Shown: positions 1 to 10,343 of the stretch, piece by piece | Position numbering within the stretch: position 1 is the stretch's first letter | How the letters are laid out: every line of letters starts with the position of its first letter | Assembly: GCA_050187355.1 (NCBI GenBank) | Contig: JBFWXO010000027.1 | Location: forward strand, 296 to 64,295 | Origin: Vicinamibacterales bacterium | Lineage (GTDB): Bacteria > Acidobacteriota > Vicinamibacteria > Vicinamibacterales > UBA2999 | Length of the DNA: 64,000 nt | Reading direction: 5' to 3' | Program-made: the position numbers and the translations under genes | Notes under the pieces: generated by a model | The model's database searches: none | Seen by the model: the letters and a program-made list of their open reading frames with translations, nothing else | What the model was told of the DNA's origin: nothing

Positions 1-241
1 GGTCGTCGATGGCGCTCGCGCCTGGCAGCGCCGGCATCCCGCTCGCCTGCTGCTGGAGGCTCAGGGGTTCGCCGCACGACGCGCAGCGCGCGAGGCGCCC
101 CGAGGTGGCGGCATGCCGCCACGCGTCGCCCAGGGCCGGCTCGGCCAGGGCCAGCAGCGGGCTGGCGGCCAGGAACTTCATGAACTGGCGGCGGCTCGCC
201 GCCCGGAGGCTGTCGTCGGGGTCGGGCCGTTCTGTGGCCAT
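1..241 (-). CDS. Partial CDS (first 80 codons; continues past the window start) with a twin-arginine (Tat) signal peptide; function unknown
   Basis: My own minus-strand translation from ATG 241-239 reads MATERPDPDDSLRAASRRQFMKFLAASPLLALAEPALGDAW... The SRRQFMKF motif, a hydrophobic stretch and ALA form a Tat-type signal. AAGGA lies about 7 nt upstream. The ORF is absent from the supplied track because it runs off the window. Confidence 0.45.
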   Translation of the reverse strand, partial: MATERPDPDDSLRAASRRQFMKFLAASPLLALAEPALGDAWRHAATSGRLARCASCGEPLSLQQQASGMPALPGASAIDD

Positions 242-354
242 GTGGGAGTCCTTTCGCCGTTGCATCAGGCGATCGCCGAACGAACGACGGGGCCGGCCTT
301 CGGTGAAGGCCAGCCCCGTGGTGTCTGCGTGGTCCTGTCCGCTCCGCGCGCGGC

Positions 355-2436
355 TCAGGGCAGCGCCATCGCGGTGTAGCCGCCGTTCACGGGAATGACG
401 ACGTACTGCTTGCCCTGGTGCAGGTAGGTCATGAGGCCGTAACCGCCGAGGCGCGGCGTGACGACGGCGCCCACGCGCTTGCCGGTCTTCTTGTCGATGG
501 CGAACAGGTTCGGCTTGTTGTCGGCGGTCTGGCCCGTGGCGAGCAGGAGCGTCGAGGTCGCGGCCATCGCGGGGCTGCTCCGCCGGCCCCAGTTCGTGTC
601 CACGTTCACGCCCTTCAGCAGCGGGTTGTTGCGGAACAGCTCCTGGTCCCGCGTGGACATGTCGCCGTTCGGGATCATCCAGAGGTGCTGGCCCGTGTTC
701 ATGTCGATGGCCGTGATCCGGCCCACGGGGCCCTTGAAGATGTCCGGAATGCCGCGCAGCGGATCCCCTTCCATCACGGGACGCGGTCGTGCCGGCTCGT
801 GGGTGCTGACCCACTGGGCCAGCGTCGTGCCGGTCTGCTTGTCGTTGTCGCGCAGCTTCGCGTCCTCGAGCGTCGTCGGCGAGCAGCCGCTCGTGGAGGC
901 CACGAAGATCACGCCCGAGGTGGGATCGGCCGCCGGCGGTCCGGTGATGTTGGCGCCGCCGCCGCCACCCGGACAGATGTTCGCGGCCTGGCGGCCCTCC
1001 GCGTTGCCCATGTGGACGGGCGGTTCGAAGAGGACCGACAGGAGATCCAGTTCCTTCGCGCGCGCCAGCGCCAGCTTCTTGACCTCGGGCGTGTAGTCGA
1101 TGAGGTGCGCCTCGGTGCGGCCCTGCAGGTCGTACGGCGCCGGCAGGGTCGGGACGAACTGGGTCTTCGACAGCACCTCGCCCGGGACCTTGGACGCCGG
1201 CACCTGGATCTCCTTCATGGGCCAGATCGGCTCGCCGGTGTAGCGGTTGAACGCGTAGACGAAGGCCTGCTTCGTGATCTGGAAGACGCCGGGAACCCGG
1301 CGGCCCCCGACGTTCACGTCGAGGAGCACCGGCGCGGTGGGCGTGTCGTAGTTCCAGATGTCGTGCTTGACGAACTGGTGGTGCCAGACGCGTTTGCCGG
1401 TCTTCACGTCGAGCGCGATGATGCTCGTGGCGAACAGGTTGTCGCCCGGCCGGAAGCCGCCGAAATAGTCGATGGTGGCGCTGTTGGTCGGGATGTAGAC
1501 CAGGCCGCGCGAGGGGTCGGCCGAGAGCGGCGCCCACGACGAGATGTCACCCGACCAGCGCCACGCGTCGTTCTCCCACGTCTCGTGGCCGAACTCGCCC
1601 GGCCGCGGAATCACGTGGAACTTCCACAGGAACTTGCCGGTCTTCAGGTCGTACCCGAGGATGTCGCCGGGCACGTTCTCGATGCGCGTCTGGTTGTAGC
1701 CCTGCTCGGCCGAGTTGCCGACGACGATCACGTCGTTGACCACGATCGGGGGCGACGACGACGTGATGTAGCCCAGTTCCAGCGGGAGGCCCTTCGCCGC
1801 GTCGTACTTCTGCTCGGCCTGGCGCCACGGGCCCCAGTCCGCGATCACGTCCTTCAACAGGTCCACCGAGCCCGTCTTCGGGAAGCCGTTGACCGGCACC
1901 GAGCCGCCCCAGCCCTCGATCGGCTTGCCCGTCTTCAGGTCCAGGGCGTGCAGGAAGAAGCCCGGGGTCACGACGATGACGGCGCCGCGGCCGTTGATCT
2001 TCGTGTACGCCACGCCCTTGCCGTGGTTCGAGCGCATCGAGTACTCGTGCCGGGGCGTGAGCGGCTCCTGGAAGTGCCACAGCGTCTTGCCCGTCGCCGC
2101 GTCCATCGCGACGACCGTGCGGCGGGGGCCCGACACGGTGACCAGCATGCCCTCGACGTAGATGGGCAGGCCCCGCGCGTTGATTTCCCCCAGCTCGACG
2201 CCCGGCGGCAGGTCCTTGCCGTCCCACTCCCACGCCACCTTCAGGTTGGCGAAGTTCGAGGCCGTGATCTGATCGAGCGGGGAATACCGCGTCGAGGTGT
2301 CGCCGCCCGTGATTCCCGGCCAGTCGCCCTGCTGACGGGCGTCCCCTGGCAGTCCGGCGACGGCGACCGCGACGATTACCGCCAACACGCCGACCAGGGC
2401 GTGCGGCAGCCAGTTCCGAGAGGTTCTCGTCGTCAT
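355..2436 (-). CDS. PQQ-dependent (quinoprotein) dehydrogenase, membrane-anchored
   Basis: ORF 355..2511. It has an N-terminal TM anchor ([20 protein letters not shown]). Repeated propeller-blade W motifs follow ([49 protein letters not shown]), typical of PQQ glucose/alcohol dehydrogenases. I placed the start at the internal ATG 2436 (MTTRTSRNW); 2511 is also possible. Confidence 0.8.
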   Translation of the reverse strand: MTTRTSRNWLPHALVGVLAVIVAVAVAGLPGDARQQGDWPGITGGDTSTRYSPLDQITASNFANLKVAWEWDGKDLPPGVELGEINARGLPIYVEGMLVTVSGPRRTVVAMDAATGKTLWHFQEPLTPRHEYSMRSNHGKGVAYTKINGRGAVIVVTPGFFLHALDLKTGKPIEGWGGSVPVNGFPKTGSVDLLKDVIADWGPWRQAEQKYDAAKGLPLELGYITSSSPPIVVNDVIVVGNSAEQGYNQTRIENVPGDILGYDLKTGKFLWKFHVIPRPGEFGHETWENDAWRWSGDISSWAPLSADPSRGLVYIPTNSATIDYFGGFRPGDNLFATSIIALDVKTGKRVWHHQFVKHDIWNYDTPTAPVLLDVNVGGRRVPGVFQITKQAFVYAFNRYTGEPIWPMKEIQVPASKVPGEVLSKTQFVPTLPAPYDLQGRTEAHLIDYTPEVKKLALARAKELDLLSVLFEPPVHMGNAEGRQAANICPGGGGGANITGPPAADPTSGVIFVASTSGCSPTTLEDAKLRDNDKQTGTTLAQWVSTHEPARPRPVMEGDPLRGIPDIFKGPVGRITAIDMNTGQHLWMIPNGDMSTRDQELFRNNPLLKGVNVDTNWGRRSSPAMAATSTLLLATGQTADNKPNLFAIDKKTGKRVGAVVTPRLGGYGLMTYLHQGKQYVVIPVNGGYTAMALP

Positions 2437-2566
2437 AGGCTCGTGCGCTCCACAGGAGGGGAGGGGCCGAAAAACCGGCACAGGATGGACTGGACGCCCC
2501 TGGCTTGTCAACCACGCCGCCCCGGTTGCACGGGCTCTCGCCCCGGTGGTACAAGGCTGACGACTC

Positions 2567-4180
2567 GTGGCTTCGACCTCGCCGAGCAGGCGCCGGGCCC
2601 GCGGCCCCGCCGCGCCGCCTGGTCAGACGACGGATCCGTCGGCGCAGGGGCTGGCGGCCCTCGCCGCGCCGCTGGCGTTCACGGGCGCCCTGCTGGCGCT
2701 CAGCCTGCTGCCGCGGGTGCGCGGGAGTCGATCGCTCACGCTGGCCTTCTGGGGGACCGCCGCCGTCCTGCTCCTCTGGCAGGCCGCGTTGGCCGTCCGG
2801 TTCCGGGGGACCGGCCTGGCGGGGTTCACCCAGGCGGCGCCCCGACCCCAGCACTACATCCAGCTGTGCTGCCACCTCGGCGTCTACGCGTACTGGGGCT
2901 GGTACTGGGCGCCGGTCTACCCGTACGCCACGCTGCTGGCCGCCCAGGTGTGCGTGGCGTACGCGTTCGACATCCTCCTGGCCTGGACGCGCCGGCAGCC
3001 CTATGCGATGGGCTTCGGTCCCCTCCCAATCGTGTTCAGCACGAACCTCTTCCTGTGGTTCAGGGACGAGTGGTTCGCGTGGCAGTTCGTCCTGGTGGCG
3101 GTCGGCTTCCTGGGCAAGGCGTTCGTGCGGTGGACCAGGGACGGCCGCCGCGTCCACATCTTCAATCCCTCGGCCTTCTCGCTCGCGCTCTTCTCGCTGG
3201 CGCTGCTCGCGACGGGCACCACCCGCGTGACCTGGGCCCAGGAGATCAACACCACGTTCGGCCTCGGCCCGCACATCTACCTGGTGCTGTTCCTGATCGG
3301 CCTGGTGGTCATGTATTTCTTCGCCATCACGCCGGTCACGGCCGGCGCGGCGGCGACGCTCTTCGGCCTGAGCGCCGCCTATGCGAGCGTCACGGGCGTG
3401 CCGTACTTCGTGGACTCGGAGATCCCGACGGCCGTGTTCCTGGGCCTGCACCTGCTCGTCACCGATCCCTCCACGTCGCCCAGGACGCCGCTGGGGCGCC
3501 TCGTGTTCGGCGTGGCCTACGGCGCAGGGGTGTTCGCGCTGTACGCGCTGCTCGGCGCGCTGGGCCTGCCCACGTTCTACGACAAGCTCCTCTGCGTGCC
3601 GCTGCTGAACCTGCTCGTCCCGGCCATCGACACACTCGTCGCCACGGTGGGGCAGCGGCCCTGGATCGCGGCGCTGGGACTCGAGCCGCCGCTCGGCCGG
3701 CGCAACCTCGCCCACATGGCCGCGTGGGCCGTCTTCTTCGCGGTCATGACCGCGGCCGGCCGGACCGACGGCATGCACGTCGGCGATGCGCTGCCCTTCT
3801 GGCAGCAGGCCTGCGCCGACGGCCGCCCCTCGGCCTGCCGCCGCCTCGTCGCGATCGAGGCGAACTACTGCGCCGACAACGCGGCCTGGGCGTGCAACGA
3901 CCTCGGACGGCACTTCGTGGAGGGCCGTATCGTCGCACCCGACCGGGATCGGGCGCTCACGTACTTCTCGCGGGCCTGCGAGGGGCGCTTCCAGGCCGCC
4001 TGCGTGAACCTGCTCGACGCCGAGCCACCGGCGTCGGCCGATCCGCGCGCGCTCGATCTGCGGCTGCTCGTCCGCGAGGGCGGTCCCAACCTGCTGACGA
4101 TGCCGGAGCCGGAGGTGTACGCCCGGGCCTGCCGCCACGGATGGACGTTCGCATGCGCCAGGGCGTCGGCCGCGCGATGA
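2567..4180 (+). CDS. Polytopic membrane protein with an RnfD/NqrB-like core fused to a C-terminal cysteine-rich Sel1/Hcp-like repeat domain
   Basis: GTG start at 2567, about 10 hydrophobic helices. The segments [18 protein letters not shown] and [28 protein letters not shown] resemble the conserved FNPA and xxTDPxT(S/A)...GRxxFG segments of RnfD/NqrB (PF03116) as I recall them. The C-terminal ~130 aa carries four C-x7-C pairs ([47 protein letters not shown]), as in Hcp/Sel1 repeats. Confidence 0.6.
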   Translation: MASTSPSRRRARGPAAPPGQTTDPSAQGLAALAAPLAFTGALLALSLLPRVRGSRSLTLAFWGTAAVLLLWQAALAVRFRGTGLAGFTQAAPRPQHYIQLCCHLGVYAYWGWYWAPVYPYATLLAAQVCVAYAFDILLAWTRRQPYAMGFGPLPIVFSTNLFLWFRDEWFAWQFVLVAVGFLGKAFVRWTRDGRRVHIFNPSAFSLALFSLALLATGTTRVTWAQEINTTFGLGPHIYLVLFLIGLVVMYFFAITPVTAGAAATLFGLSAAYASVTGVPYFVDSEIPTAVFLGLHLLVTDPSTSPRTPLGRLVFGVAYGAGVFALYALLGALGLPTFYDKLLCVPLLNLLVPAIDTLVATVGQRPWIAALGLEPPLGRRNLAHMAAWAVFFAVMTAAGRTDGMHVGDALPFWQQACADGRPSACRRLVAIEANYCADNAAWACNDLGRHFVEGRIVAPDRDRALTYFSRACEGRFQAACVNLLDAEPPASADPRALDLRLLVREGGPNLLTMPEPEVYARACRHGWTFACARASAAR

Positions 4181-5022
4181 CGCCGGCGCTGGCCCCCATC
4201 CGCGCGGCGCTGCTGGCGGCCGTCCTCCTCGGAGCGGGGCCCGTGCTCTGGTCGGCATTCGCGGATCAGTCGTCGGGCCCGTCCTTCGTGGAAGTCCCGG
4301 CGGGGCCGTTCACGATGGGCGCGGGGCCCGCGAAGACCCCCGAGGCGTTCGACAACGAGCGGTGGTCGGCGGCCGCCGAGGAAGGGACGCTCGACCTGCC
4401 GGCCTTCTACATCGCGCGGCACGAGACCACGATCGGCGAGTACGCGGCGTTCGTCGCCGCTACGGGCTGGACGACCGATCCGCGTGCCCTCGCCGGTCCC
4501 GTCGACGCGCCGGTGGCGTTCGTGTCGTGGCCGGACGCCCTTGCGTACTGCCGCTGGCTGACGCGCGGGCTGGCCGGACGCCCGCCGGGCGATCCCGTGC
4601 TGGCCGGGCGCCTCCGGGCCGGCTGGATCGCGACACTCCCGACCGAGGCGCAGTGGGAGAAGGCCGCACGGGGCCCCGACGGCCGGCGCTACCCGTGGGG
4701 CGTGGAGCCGCGCCGCGACCGGGCGCAGTTCGACGCGCCAGGCGTGTCGCCCGTCGGCGCTCACCCCTGCCCCGAGTGCGCGTACGGACTCGACGACATG
4801 GCCGGCAACGTCTGGGAATGGACCCGCAGTCCCAGCCAGCCCTATCCCTACGACGAAGCGGACGACCGCCAGCACCTCGACACCGACGCCCTGTGGACCA
4901 TCCGGGGCGGCGGGTTCGCCGATCGGGCGCGGCTCGTCCGCGGGTCCGCGCGCGGCGCCGCCGAGCCGGGCGCCAGGCGCGCGTTCATCGGCTTCCGCGT
5001 GGCGATCGTCCCGCCGCGGTAG
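4177..5022 (+). CDS. Secreted formylglycine-generating-enzyme (FGE/SUMF1) domain protein
   Basis: This is the C-terminal 281 codons of shadow-extended ORF 418..5022. It has a signal peptide ([21 protein letters not shown]). FGE-fold motifs are present: FVEVPAGPFTMG, HETTIGEY, VSWPDALAYCRWL, LPTEAQWEKAARG, GNVWEWT, RGGGF. ATG 4177 overlaps the upstream stop (ATGA). Confidence 0.8.
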   Translation: MTPALAPIRAALLAAVLLGAGPVLWSAFADQSSGPSFVEVPAGPFTMGAGPAKTPEAFDNERWSAAAEEGTLDLPAFYIARHETTIGEYAAFVAATGWTTDPRALAGPVDAPVAFVSWPDALAYCRWLTRGLAGRPPGDPVLAGRLRAGWIATLPTEAQWEKAARGPDGRRYPWGVEPRRDRAQFDAPGVSPVGAHPCPECAYGLDDMAGNVWEWTRSPSQPYPYDEADDRQHLDTDALWTIRGGGFADRARLVRGSARGAAEPGARRAFIGFRVAIVPPR

Positions 5023-5156
5023 CCGGCGAGCCCCGCGCAGACCGCCGAAGTGGTGGGCCGCACCGGACGGGTCGCGGCCCGGTCGCCAGACCGTGCAGCA
5101 CGCCCCGTCCGCGGGCCACCCGTTCAACCTGCCTGGACCGCGGCCGATTCCCAGGC

Positions 5157-6731
5157 ATGCGCAACGCCTTCGTCGTCGCCTCCGGCGCGACGCTGGCCCT
5201 CATCGCCGGCATCGCCGTCGTGTGGCCGCCCGTGCTCTGGTCGCTGCTCGTCGTGGGGCCGGTGGTCCTGCGCGGCTGCGCCGACATCCTCCAGACGCGC
5301 CAGGCCGTGCGCCGCAACTTCCCCGTGATCGGGCACGGCCGCTACCTGCTCGAGAAGATCCGGCCCGAGATCAACCAGTACTTCGTGGAGAGCAACAGCG
5401 ACGGGCGGCCGTTCAGCCGCAACGACCGGTCGGTCGTCTACCAGCGTGCCAAGGGCGAACTGGACACGCTGCCGTTCGGCACCCAGCGCGACGTGTACGC
5501 GACCGGCTACGAGTGGATCAACCACTCGCTGGCGCCCGTGGAGCCCGACCACGCGTGCAGCCGGCTGACGGTGGGCGGCGCCGGATGCGCCCAGCCCTAC
5601 TCGGCCTCCATCTTCAACGTGTCGGCCATGAGCTACGGCTCGCTCAGCCGCAACGCCGTCCTGGCCCTGAACACGGGCGCCCGCCTGGGCGGCTTCGCGC
5701 ACAACACCGGCGAGGGCGGGCTCAGTCCCTACCATCTCGAGCCGGGCGGCGACCTCGTCTGGCAGATCGGCACGGGATACTTCAGTTGCCGGACGCGCGA
5801 CGGGCGCTTCGACGCGGAGGAGTTCGCGCGGCGCGCCACGCTGCCCGCGGTCAAGATGATCGAAGTGAAGCTGTCGCAGGGCGCCAAGCCCGGTCATGGC
5901 GGGATCCTCCCGGCGGCGAAGCTCACGCCGGAGATCGTCGACATCCGGCGGGTCGAGCCCGGCAAGGACGTGATCTCGCCGCCCGCGCACACGGCGTTCA
6001 CGACGCCGCTCGGCCTGCTGCGGTTCCTGCAGACGCTGCGCGAGGCCTCCGGCGGCAAGCCTGTCGGGTTCAAGCTGTGCGTCGGCAAGCGGCACGAGTT
6101 CTTCGGGATCGTGAAGGCGATGCTCGAGACGGGCCTCCGCCCGGACTTCATCACGGTGGACGGCGCCGAGGGCGGCACCGGCGCCGCGCCGATGGAGTTC
6201 TCCGACTCGGTGGGCACGCCCCTGAACGACGGGCTGTCCTTCGTCCACAACGCGCTCGTCGGCGCCGGCATCCGCGACGACATCCGCCTCATCGCCTCCG
6301 GCAAGGTGAACACCGGCTTCCAGATCGCGGCCAAGATCGCGCTGGGCGCGGACATGTGCAACGCCGCGCGCGCCATGATGTTCGCCCTCGGCTGCATCCA
6401 GGCCCTCCGCTGCAACACGAACCAGTGCCCGACCGGCGTCGCCACCCAGGATCCGGAGCTGGTCCACGGCCTCCACGTGGGCGACAAGTCCGAACGCGTG
6501 GCCCGGTTCCACCGCGAGACGGTGAAGAGCTTCTTCGAGGTGCTCGGGGCCGCCGGGTTCCAGCAGCCGGCTGATCTCAAGCCGTGGTTCGTGATGCGCC
6601 GGGTGAGCTCGGGCGAGGTCCGCAGCTACCACGAGATCTACCCCACCCTGGAGCCGGGTGCGCTCCTCCAGGGCGGCGTCAACGGCAGTCTGGGCCGCGC
6701 TTGGGACACGGCCCGGCCGGACCGCTTCTGA
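5157..6731 (+). CDS. FMN-binding glutamate synthase family protein (GltB domain-2-like), membrane-anchored
   Basis: In-frame ATG at 5157 inside ORF 4362..6731. Two N-terminal TM helices are present. Family segments include FNVSAMSYGSLS, HNTGEGG, IEVKLSQGAKPGHGGILP, ITVDGAEGGTGAAP and CNTNQCPTGVATQDP. Confidence 0.85.
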   Translation: MRNAFVVASGATLALIAGIAVVWPPVLWSLLVVGPVVLRGCADILQTRQAVRRNFPVIGHGRYLLEKIRPEINQYFVESNSDGRPFSRNDRSVVYQRAKGELDTLPFGTQRDVYATGYEWINHSLAPVEPDHACSRLTVGGAGCAQPYSASIFNVSAMSYGSLSRNAVLALNTGARLGGFAHNTGEGGLSPYHLEPGGDLVWQIGTGYFSCRTRDGRFDAEEFARRATLPAVKMIEVKLSQGAKPGHGGILPAAKLTPEIVDIRRVEPGKDVISPPAHTAFTTPLGLLRFLQTLREASGGKPVGFKLCVGKRHEFFGIVKAMLETGLRPDFITVDGAEGGTGAAPMEFSDSVGTPLNDGLSFVHNALVGAGIRDDIRLIASGKVNTGFQIAAKIALGADMCNAARAMMFALGCIQALRCNTNQCPTGVATQDPELVHGLHVGDKSERVARFHRETVKSFFEVLGAAGFQQPADLKPWFVMRRVSSGEVRSYHEIYPTLEPGALLQGGVNGSLGRAWDTARPDRF

Positions 6732-6741
6732 GCGACACGCG

Positions 6742-7149
6742 ATGGCCCTCTCGACGGACGCGTCTCCCACCGAGGTCCGTGAGCTGATTCGCGCCTACTA
6801 CGAAGGGCTCTTCCCCAAGTCCTGCCCGCACTGCGGCCGCGGCTATGCGACCCTGCGCGAGTACGTCGCCGCCACCACGCCGGTCGGCCGCTACATCTCG
6901 TACGACGTGGACGTCGGCGACTTCGCGCCGGAGCGGCCGGCCGGCACGTTCGCCTTCGCGAACTGCGCGTGCGGCAACACGCTCGCGCTGAGCACCGAAG
7001 GGCTCCCGCGCGAGACGCGGCTCGCGCTGCTCGCGTGGGTCCGCGCGGAAGCGGCGCGCCAGGGACTGCCGGCCACGCAGTTCATCGACTGGCTCCGGAA
7101 GACGGTCAGGGACGACGCCCTCGGCCAGACGGCGCCACCGCCGGCCTGA
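6742..7149 (+). CDS. Hypothetical small protein with two Cys pairs (CPHC ... CAC), possibly metal-binding
   Basis: In-frame ATG at 6742 within ORF 6658..7149, 10 bp after the upstream stop. The amino-acid composition is diverse (MALSTDASPTEVRELIRAYYEGLFPKSCPHCGRGY...NCACGNT). I recognise no family. Confidence 0.5.
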   Translation: MALSTDASPTEVRELIRAYYEGLFPKSCPHCGRGYATLREYVAATTPVGRYISYDVDVGDFAPERPAGTFAFANCACGNTLALSTEGLPRETRLALLAWVRAEAARQGLPATQFIDWLRKTVRDDALGQTAPPPA

Positions 7150-7166
7150 CCCGCGTACGGCGGCGG

Positions 7167-7184
7167 CCGCCGGTCTCCCGGCGG
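7167..7184. terminator. GC hairpin between convergent genes; possible bidirectional terminator
   Basis: CCGCCGG-tctc-CCGGCGG is a perfect 7-bp stem with a 4-nt loop. It sits between the stop of 6742..7149 (+) and the stop of typA (-). There is no clear U-tract. Confidence 0.3.
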
Positions 7185-7198
7185 GTTCGCCGGCGTCA

Positions 7199-9055
7199 TC
7201 AGGCCGACTCGTCGCGCCGCTTCGGCCGAAGATTCGCCGGCAGGACCTTCTTGCGCAGCCGGATGTGCTTCGGCGTGATCTCCACGAGCTCGTCGTCGTT
7301 GATGAACTCGATGGCCTGCTCGAGGCCCATGAGGCGCGGCGGGACGATGCGGATCGCCTCGTCCGCGGTGGACGCCCGCATGTTGGTCTGCTTCTTTTCC
7401 TTCGTGATGTTGACGTCGAGGTCGTTGTCGCGGGAGTTCTCGCCGACGATCATGCCCTCGTAGACCTCGGCGCCGGCCTCGATCATCATGATCGACCGCT
7501 CCTGCAGGTTCGCCATCGCATAGGCGGTCGCCACGCCCCCGCGGTCGGACACCATGGCACCCGTGGACCGCGACGGGATCGGGCCGTGCCACGGCTCCCA
7601 CTCGGCGAACACGTGGTTCATGATGCCCGTGCCCTTGGTGTCGGTGAGGAACTGCGAGCGGAACCCGATCAGGCCGCGGGCGGGAATCCGGAACTCCAGG
7701 CGCACGCGGCCGCTGCCGTGGTTCACCATCTTCGTCATGGTGCCGCGCCGCTGGCCCACGCCGGCGATCACGGCGCCCTGGAACTCCTCGGCCACGTCGA
7801 TCACCAGGTCCTCGACCGGCTCCATGGTCTGGCCGCCGATGTCCTTGGTGACGATCTCCGGGCGGGACACCTGGATCTCGTAGCCTTCGCGGCGCATCAT
7901 CTCGATGAGGATCGCCAGCTGCAGCTCGCCCCGGCCCAGCACCTTCATCTGCTCGGGCGTCGCGGTCGGTTCGACCTTGAGCGAGACGTTGCCCAGGAGC
8001 TCGCGGTCCAGCCGATCGCGCAGGTGCCGCGACGTGACGAACTGGCCGTCGCGGCCGGCGAAGGGCGAGGTGTTCACGCCGAAAATCATCGAGACCGTGG
8101 GCTCGTCCACGGCGATGGCCGGAATGGGCTCGAGGTGCTCGGGGTGGACGATGGACTCGCCGATGTTGATGGCCTCGATGCCGGCGAGGCACACGATGTC
8201 GCCCGCGGCGGCGGACTCGATCTCGACCCGCTTCAGCCCCTCGAACGCGTAGAGCTTCGTGACGCGCGTCGGCTGGACGGCGCCGTCGAGCTTCAGGACG
8301 GCGATGGGGTCGCCCACCTGCACGCGGCCGCGGAAGATGCGCCCGATGGCGATCCGGCCCAGGTAGTCGCTCGAGTCGAGGTTGGCGACCAGCATCTGGA
8401 GCGGCTGTCCGGGATCGCCCGACGGCGGCGGCACGTGCGCCAGGATCGCGTCGAACAGCGGCCGGAGGTCCTCGCCGGGCACCGCCAGGTCGGTGGTGGC
8501 CGTGCCGGCGCGTCCGCTCGTGTAGAGCACGGGGAACTCGAGCTGGGCGTCGGTGGCGTCGAGGTCGATGAAGAGATCGTAGACCTCGTTCAGCACCTCC
8601 CGGGTCCGGGCATCGGCCCGGTCGATCTTGTTGACGACGACGACCGGCGGCAGGCCGCGCTCGAATGCCTTCTTCAGCACGAAGCGCGTCTGGGGCAGGG
8701 GGCCCTCGGCCGCATCCACGAGCAGCACGACGCCGTCGACCATCGACAGCACGCGTTCCACTTCCCCGCCGAAGTCGGCGTGCCCGGGCGTGTCCACGAT
8801 GTTGATGAGCGTCTCGCCGTAGTGGACGGCCGTGTTCTTCGCGAGGATGGTGATGCCGCGTTCGCGCTCCAGCTCGTTGCTGTCCATGGCCCGCTCGGCC
8901 ACGCGCTCGTTCGCCCGGAACACGCCGGCCTGGCGGAACATGGCATCCACCAGCGTCGTCTTGCCGTGGTCCACGTGGGCGATGATGGCGACGTTCCGGC
9001 GCAGCGGATTGGCCACCGTACGGGCGCCCTGGAGGGCCGTCTGAGGTTGGGACAT
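7199..9055 (-). CDS. typA: Translational GTPase TypA/BipA
   Basis: 618 aa. It carries [17 protein letters not shown] (G1) and [14 protein letters not shown] (G3). The EF-G-like domain order is colinear with BipA. Confidence 0.95.
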   Translation of the reverse strand: MSQPQTALQGARTVANPLRRNVAIIAHVDHGKTTLVDAMFRQAGVFRANERVAERAMDSNELERERGITILAKNTAVHYGETLINIVDTPGHADFGGEVERVLSMVDGVVLLVDAAEGPLPQTRFVLKKAFERGLPPVVVVNKIDRADARTREVLNEVYDLFIDLDATDAQLEFPVLYTSGRAGTATTDLAVPGEDLRPLFDAILAHVPPPSGDPGQPLQMLVANLDSSDYLGRIAIGRIFRGRVQVGDPIAVLKLDGAVQPTRVTKLYAFEGLKRVEIESAAAGDIVCLAGIEAINIGESIVHPEHLEPIPAIAVDEPTVSMIFGVNTSPFAGRDGQFVTSRHLRDRLDRELLGNVSLKVEPTATPEQMKVLGRGELQLAILIEMMRREGYEIQVSRPEIVTKDIGGQTMEPVEDLVIDVAEEFQGAVIAGVGQRRGTMTKMVNHGSGRVRLEFRIPARGLIGFRSQFLTDTKGTGIMNHVFAEWEPWHGPIPSRSTGAMVSDRGGVATAYAMANLQERSIMMIEAGAEVYEGMIVGENSRDNDLDVNITKEKKQTNMRASTADEAIRIVPPRLMGLEQAIEFINDDELVEITPKHIRLRKKVLPANLRPKRRDESA

Positions 9056-9076
9056 CCTCCCAGTATAGGCCGGGGC

Positions 9077-10183
9077 TCACCTCGCGCGACGGCGCGCCGG
9101 CGCCACGAGCGCCTTCGGGATCCGGTAGGCCGCCGCGTCGGCCAGCGCGTCGTTCAGTTCGTCGAGGCCGTAGACGCGCGCCCCGATCTCGCCCCAGGGC
9201 ACCCGGGCGGCGTGCCGGTCGAGGACCTGCACGGCCCGGAGGAAGTGCCCGGCCTCGCTCCCCCAGCAGCCGCGGATCTCGAGGTGCTTGCGGTTGATCT
9301 GCTGGTGGGCGTTGATCGTGCTGGGACCCGCGTCGGTGTAGTGGCCGGCGATGACGTAGCGCCCGCCGTCGCGGACGAGCGCCGGCGCCTCCTCCACGGC
9401 GGCGGGCGCCCCGGAGGCCTCGATGGCCACGTCCACGCCCCGTCCGCCCGTGAGCGCGCGCACCCGGGCCAGCCGCTCGTCCGGTGTCGTGGCCGTCACG
9501 TCGAGCGTCTCGTCGGCGCCCATGCGCCGCGCGAGGGCCAGGCGGTCGTCGGGCGCGCCGATCGCGACGACCAGGCCCGCCCCTGACAGCCGCGCGAGCG
9601 CGACGATGCTGAGCCCCACCGCGCCCGTGCCCTGCACCAGCACGGCGTCGGCCAGGCGCAGGGCCGCACGGTCGACGGCGTGGACGGCGGTGATGAGCCC
9701 GCAGCCGCCGCCGATGTAGTCCTCGGCACGCACGCGGTCGGGCAGGCGGGCCGCGACGACGCCGGGCTCCAGGTAGATCGCCTCGCTCCACCCGCCGAAG
9801 AGGCCGTCGGCCGCGCCGTCGGTGATCCCGTAGACGCGGCGTGACGGGCACTTGGTGGGCGTTCCGCTGACCGCACAGGCATAGCAGCGGCCGCAGGTCC
9901 GGTGGACGTCGTAGAAGACCACGCGGTCGCCCTCGCGGAGCCGGACGCCGTCGCCGCCGACGACCTCGCCGCGAATCTTCTCCGCGAACCCGATCGAGAC
10001 GTGCCCGGGGATGAGCGGATACGGCACGCCGGCCAGCCGCCCGTGCCACAGGTGCACGTCGGTGCCGCACACCTCGGAGTACTCGGTGCGGAGCAGCATC
10101 CCGCCAGGCGCGATGTCGGGCTCGGGAAACTCGCGGATCTCGACGGGCCGATGAGGGGCGGGAATGACGGCGGCGTAGGGCAT
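9077..10183 (-). CDS. Zinc-binding alcohol dehydrogenase family (MDR) oxidoreductase
   Basis: 368 aa. Supporting segments are EVCGTDVHLWHG, the structural-zinc segment CGRCYACAVSGTPTKC, and the Rossmann segment VLVQGTGAVGLS. Confidence 0.8.
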   Translation of the reverse strand: MPYAAVIPAPHRPVEIREFPEPDIAPGGMLLRTEYSEVCGTDVHLWHGRLAGVPYPLIPGHVSIGFAEKIRGEVVGGDGVRLREGDRVVFYDVHRTCGRCYACAVSGTPTKCPSRRVYGITDGAADGLFGGWSEAIYLEPGVVAARLPDRVRAEDYIGGGCGLITAVHAVDRAALRLADAVLVQGTGAVGLSIVALARLSGAGLVVAIGAPDDRLALARRMGADETLDVTATTPDERLARVRALTGGRGVDVAIEASGAPAAVEEAPALVRDGGRYVIAGHYTDAGPSTINAHQQINRKHLEIRGCWGSEAGHFLRAVQVLDRHAARVPWGEIGARVYGLDELNDALADAAAYRIPKALVAPARRRAR

Positions 10184-10204
10184 CGGGAGCGCTTAGTGGC
10201 CCAC

Positions 10205-10253
10205 GGGACCAGGGACCAGGGACCAGGGACCGGGGATCGGAGACTCGGGACCG
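10205..10253 (+). repeat. Tandem heptamer array (GGGACCN) x7, G-rich on the plus strand
   Basis: Read directly: GGGACCA x3, GGGACCG, GGGATCG, GAGACTC, GGGACCG. It lies 22 bp upstream of the minus-strand start codon at 10183. Confidence 0.95.
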
Positions 10254-10343
10254 CAGTGTACTCGCCCTGTTGCGCCGGCGGAGAGAGCCCGGGCCGCGGC
10301 GCCACCCCCGCCGCTCCGCCATCGTCTATGCGTCCTGCCCCCT

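Noticed and set aside
9-398. Plus-strand ORFs 9..398 and 113..379 at the window start
   Set aside because: Their composition is Arg/Ala/Ser-rich, and they overlap the 3' end of the PQQ dehydrogenase gene. The opposite strand carries a better-supported partial gene with a Tat signal and an RBS (1..241, minus).
418-5022. 1534-aa ORF, the second longest in the track, spanning the PQQ dehydrogenase and RnfD-like loci
   Set aside because: Most of its length is the antisense or out-of-frame shadow of recognisable genes. The translation is Arg/Gly/Ala/Pro/Asp low-complexity, as expected from a stop-poor GC-rich frame. Only the last 281 codons (from ATG 4177) form a real gene, the FGE-domain protein.
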